64,000 nt of DNA. Source: an uncultured Chloroflexia bacterium. GTDB lineage: Bacteria > Chloroflexota > Limnocylindria > Limnocylindrales > CSP1-4. Location of the stretch: positions 224,001-288,000 of the forward strand of contig CAVTHS010000003.1 in assembly GCA_963734535.1 (NCBI GenBank), read 5' to 3'. The notes beneath the pieces were generated by a model. The model had not been told where the DNA came from. It did no database searches and worked only from the letters and a program-made list of their open reading frames with translations. The number at the start of each line of letters is the position of its first letter. The first letter of the stretch is position 1. The position numbers were made by a program, and so were the translations under genes. Shown here one piece after another: positions 63,342 through 64,000 of the stretch.

Positions 63342-64000
63342 ACGACGGGAGCCGCCTCCGCGCGCTCGGTGCGCTCGGAATCGTCATGAGCATGGTCGCT
63401 GCCGCATGCGGAGCCGCAACCGTGGCGCCATCGCCGAGTGGCGTGTCGACGCCGACGGAGTCCGCATCTGCGTCGTTGGCCGCGGGCAGCGCGGCGCTCA
63501 CGCCCACCGGTGTCGTGTCCCCGACCGTGTCGGCGCAGCCCGCGCCCACGGCCACACCCGTCCCGTCAGGCTCGGCGAGCGGTCCTTCGCCCGCACCCGG
63601 AGGCCAGTGGGTCGCGGCCGGCTCCCTGGCTTCGCTCCCGTGGTCGGTCGGGGTCGCGGTGCCCCTTCGCGACGGAGGAGCCCTCGTCCTCGGCCTCGAA
63701 GGCACCGTTGCGGAGCGCTGGAACCCGGCGGCCACGACGTGGCAGACTGCCGCAGCGCTGACCGCCTCCCGCCGGGATTTCGCGGCGGTACCGCTCCGGG
63801 ATGGACGCGTCCTCGTGGCAGGCGGCCTCGATGCGCACGACCCGGACCGCTGGCAGGCCTACTCGAGCTCGTATCTGTACGACCCATCGACGCCGGCTGG
63901 GAGCTGGACCAGGGCGGGCCTCCTCGGGACGGCGCGCGTGTCGCCGGCAGCGGCCGTCCTCCCCGACGGGCGCGTGCTCGTGGCGGGCGGAGCCTACAAG
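63338..64000 (+). CDS. Kelch-repeat lipoprotein (3'-truncated by window edge)
   Basis: VAAAC lipobox, S/P/T linker, repeated L.DGRVLVAGG...YDP..W Kelch motifs; ATGA overlap. Confidence 0.85.
   Translation, partial: MNDGSRLRALGALGIVMSMVAAACGAATVAPSPSGVSTPTESASASLAAGSAALTPTGVVSPTVSAQPAPTATPVPSGSASGPSPAPGGQWVAAGSLASLPWSVGVAVPLRDGGALVLGLEGTVAERWNPAATTWQTAAALTASRRDFAAVPLRDGRVLVAGGLDAHDPDRWQAYSSSYLYDPSTPAGSWTRAGLLGTARVSPAAAVLPDGRVLVAGGAYK

Overview
Very GC-rich bacterial chromosomal segment. Gene content and order fit Chloroflexota, possibly Ca. Limnocylindria (inference). It starts with a 5'-truncated typA, then a KdpDE-like two-component system with a KimA-like K+ transporter (1.6-6.3 kb). An actinobacterial-type stress/drug-resistance cluster follows: PNPOx-like, DUF1801, class II UvrA, AraC and VOC (6.5-11 kb). 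Next is a long + strand housekeeping run: iscS-mnmA, alaS-[ftsA-like + baseplate-J-like membrane protein]-ruvX-mltG-M24 peptidase-efp-xseAB-dxs-tlyA-nadK-recN-xerD-...-scpAB-rluB-amidohydrolase-cmk-plsC-ispH-der, ending at tRNA-Pro(GGG). A minus-strand accessory block follows: MalT-like LuxR regulator with six apparent 1-bp insertions, two MDR oxidoreductases, an ABC exporter, a small conserved protein and a GNAT. The rest holds a GH25 muramidase, pckG, a PLP decarboxylase, an aldehyde dehydrogenase and several lipoproteins. The best candidate for an undescribed system is the FtsA paralogue paired with a membrane-anchored, phage-baseplate-J-like protein, inserted into alaS-ruvX-mltG. Other notable signals are a ~100 bp duplicated AraC 3'-end/promoter module, pervasive leaderless-type promoters, an Arg-tipped EF-P and a perfect palindromic operator candidate. 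No CRISPR array, IS element or prophage was seen. All calls come from reading motifs by eye; no database searches were run.
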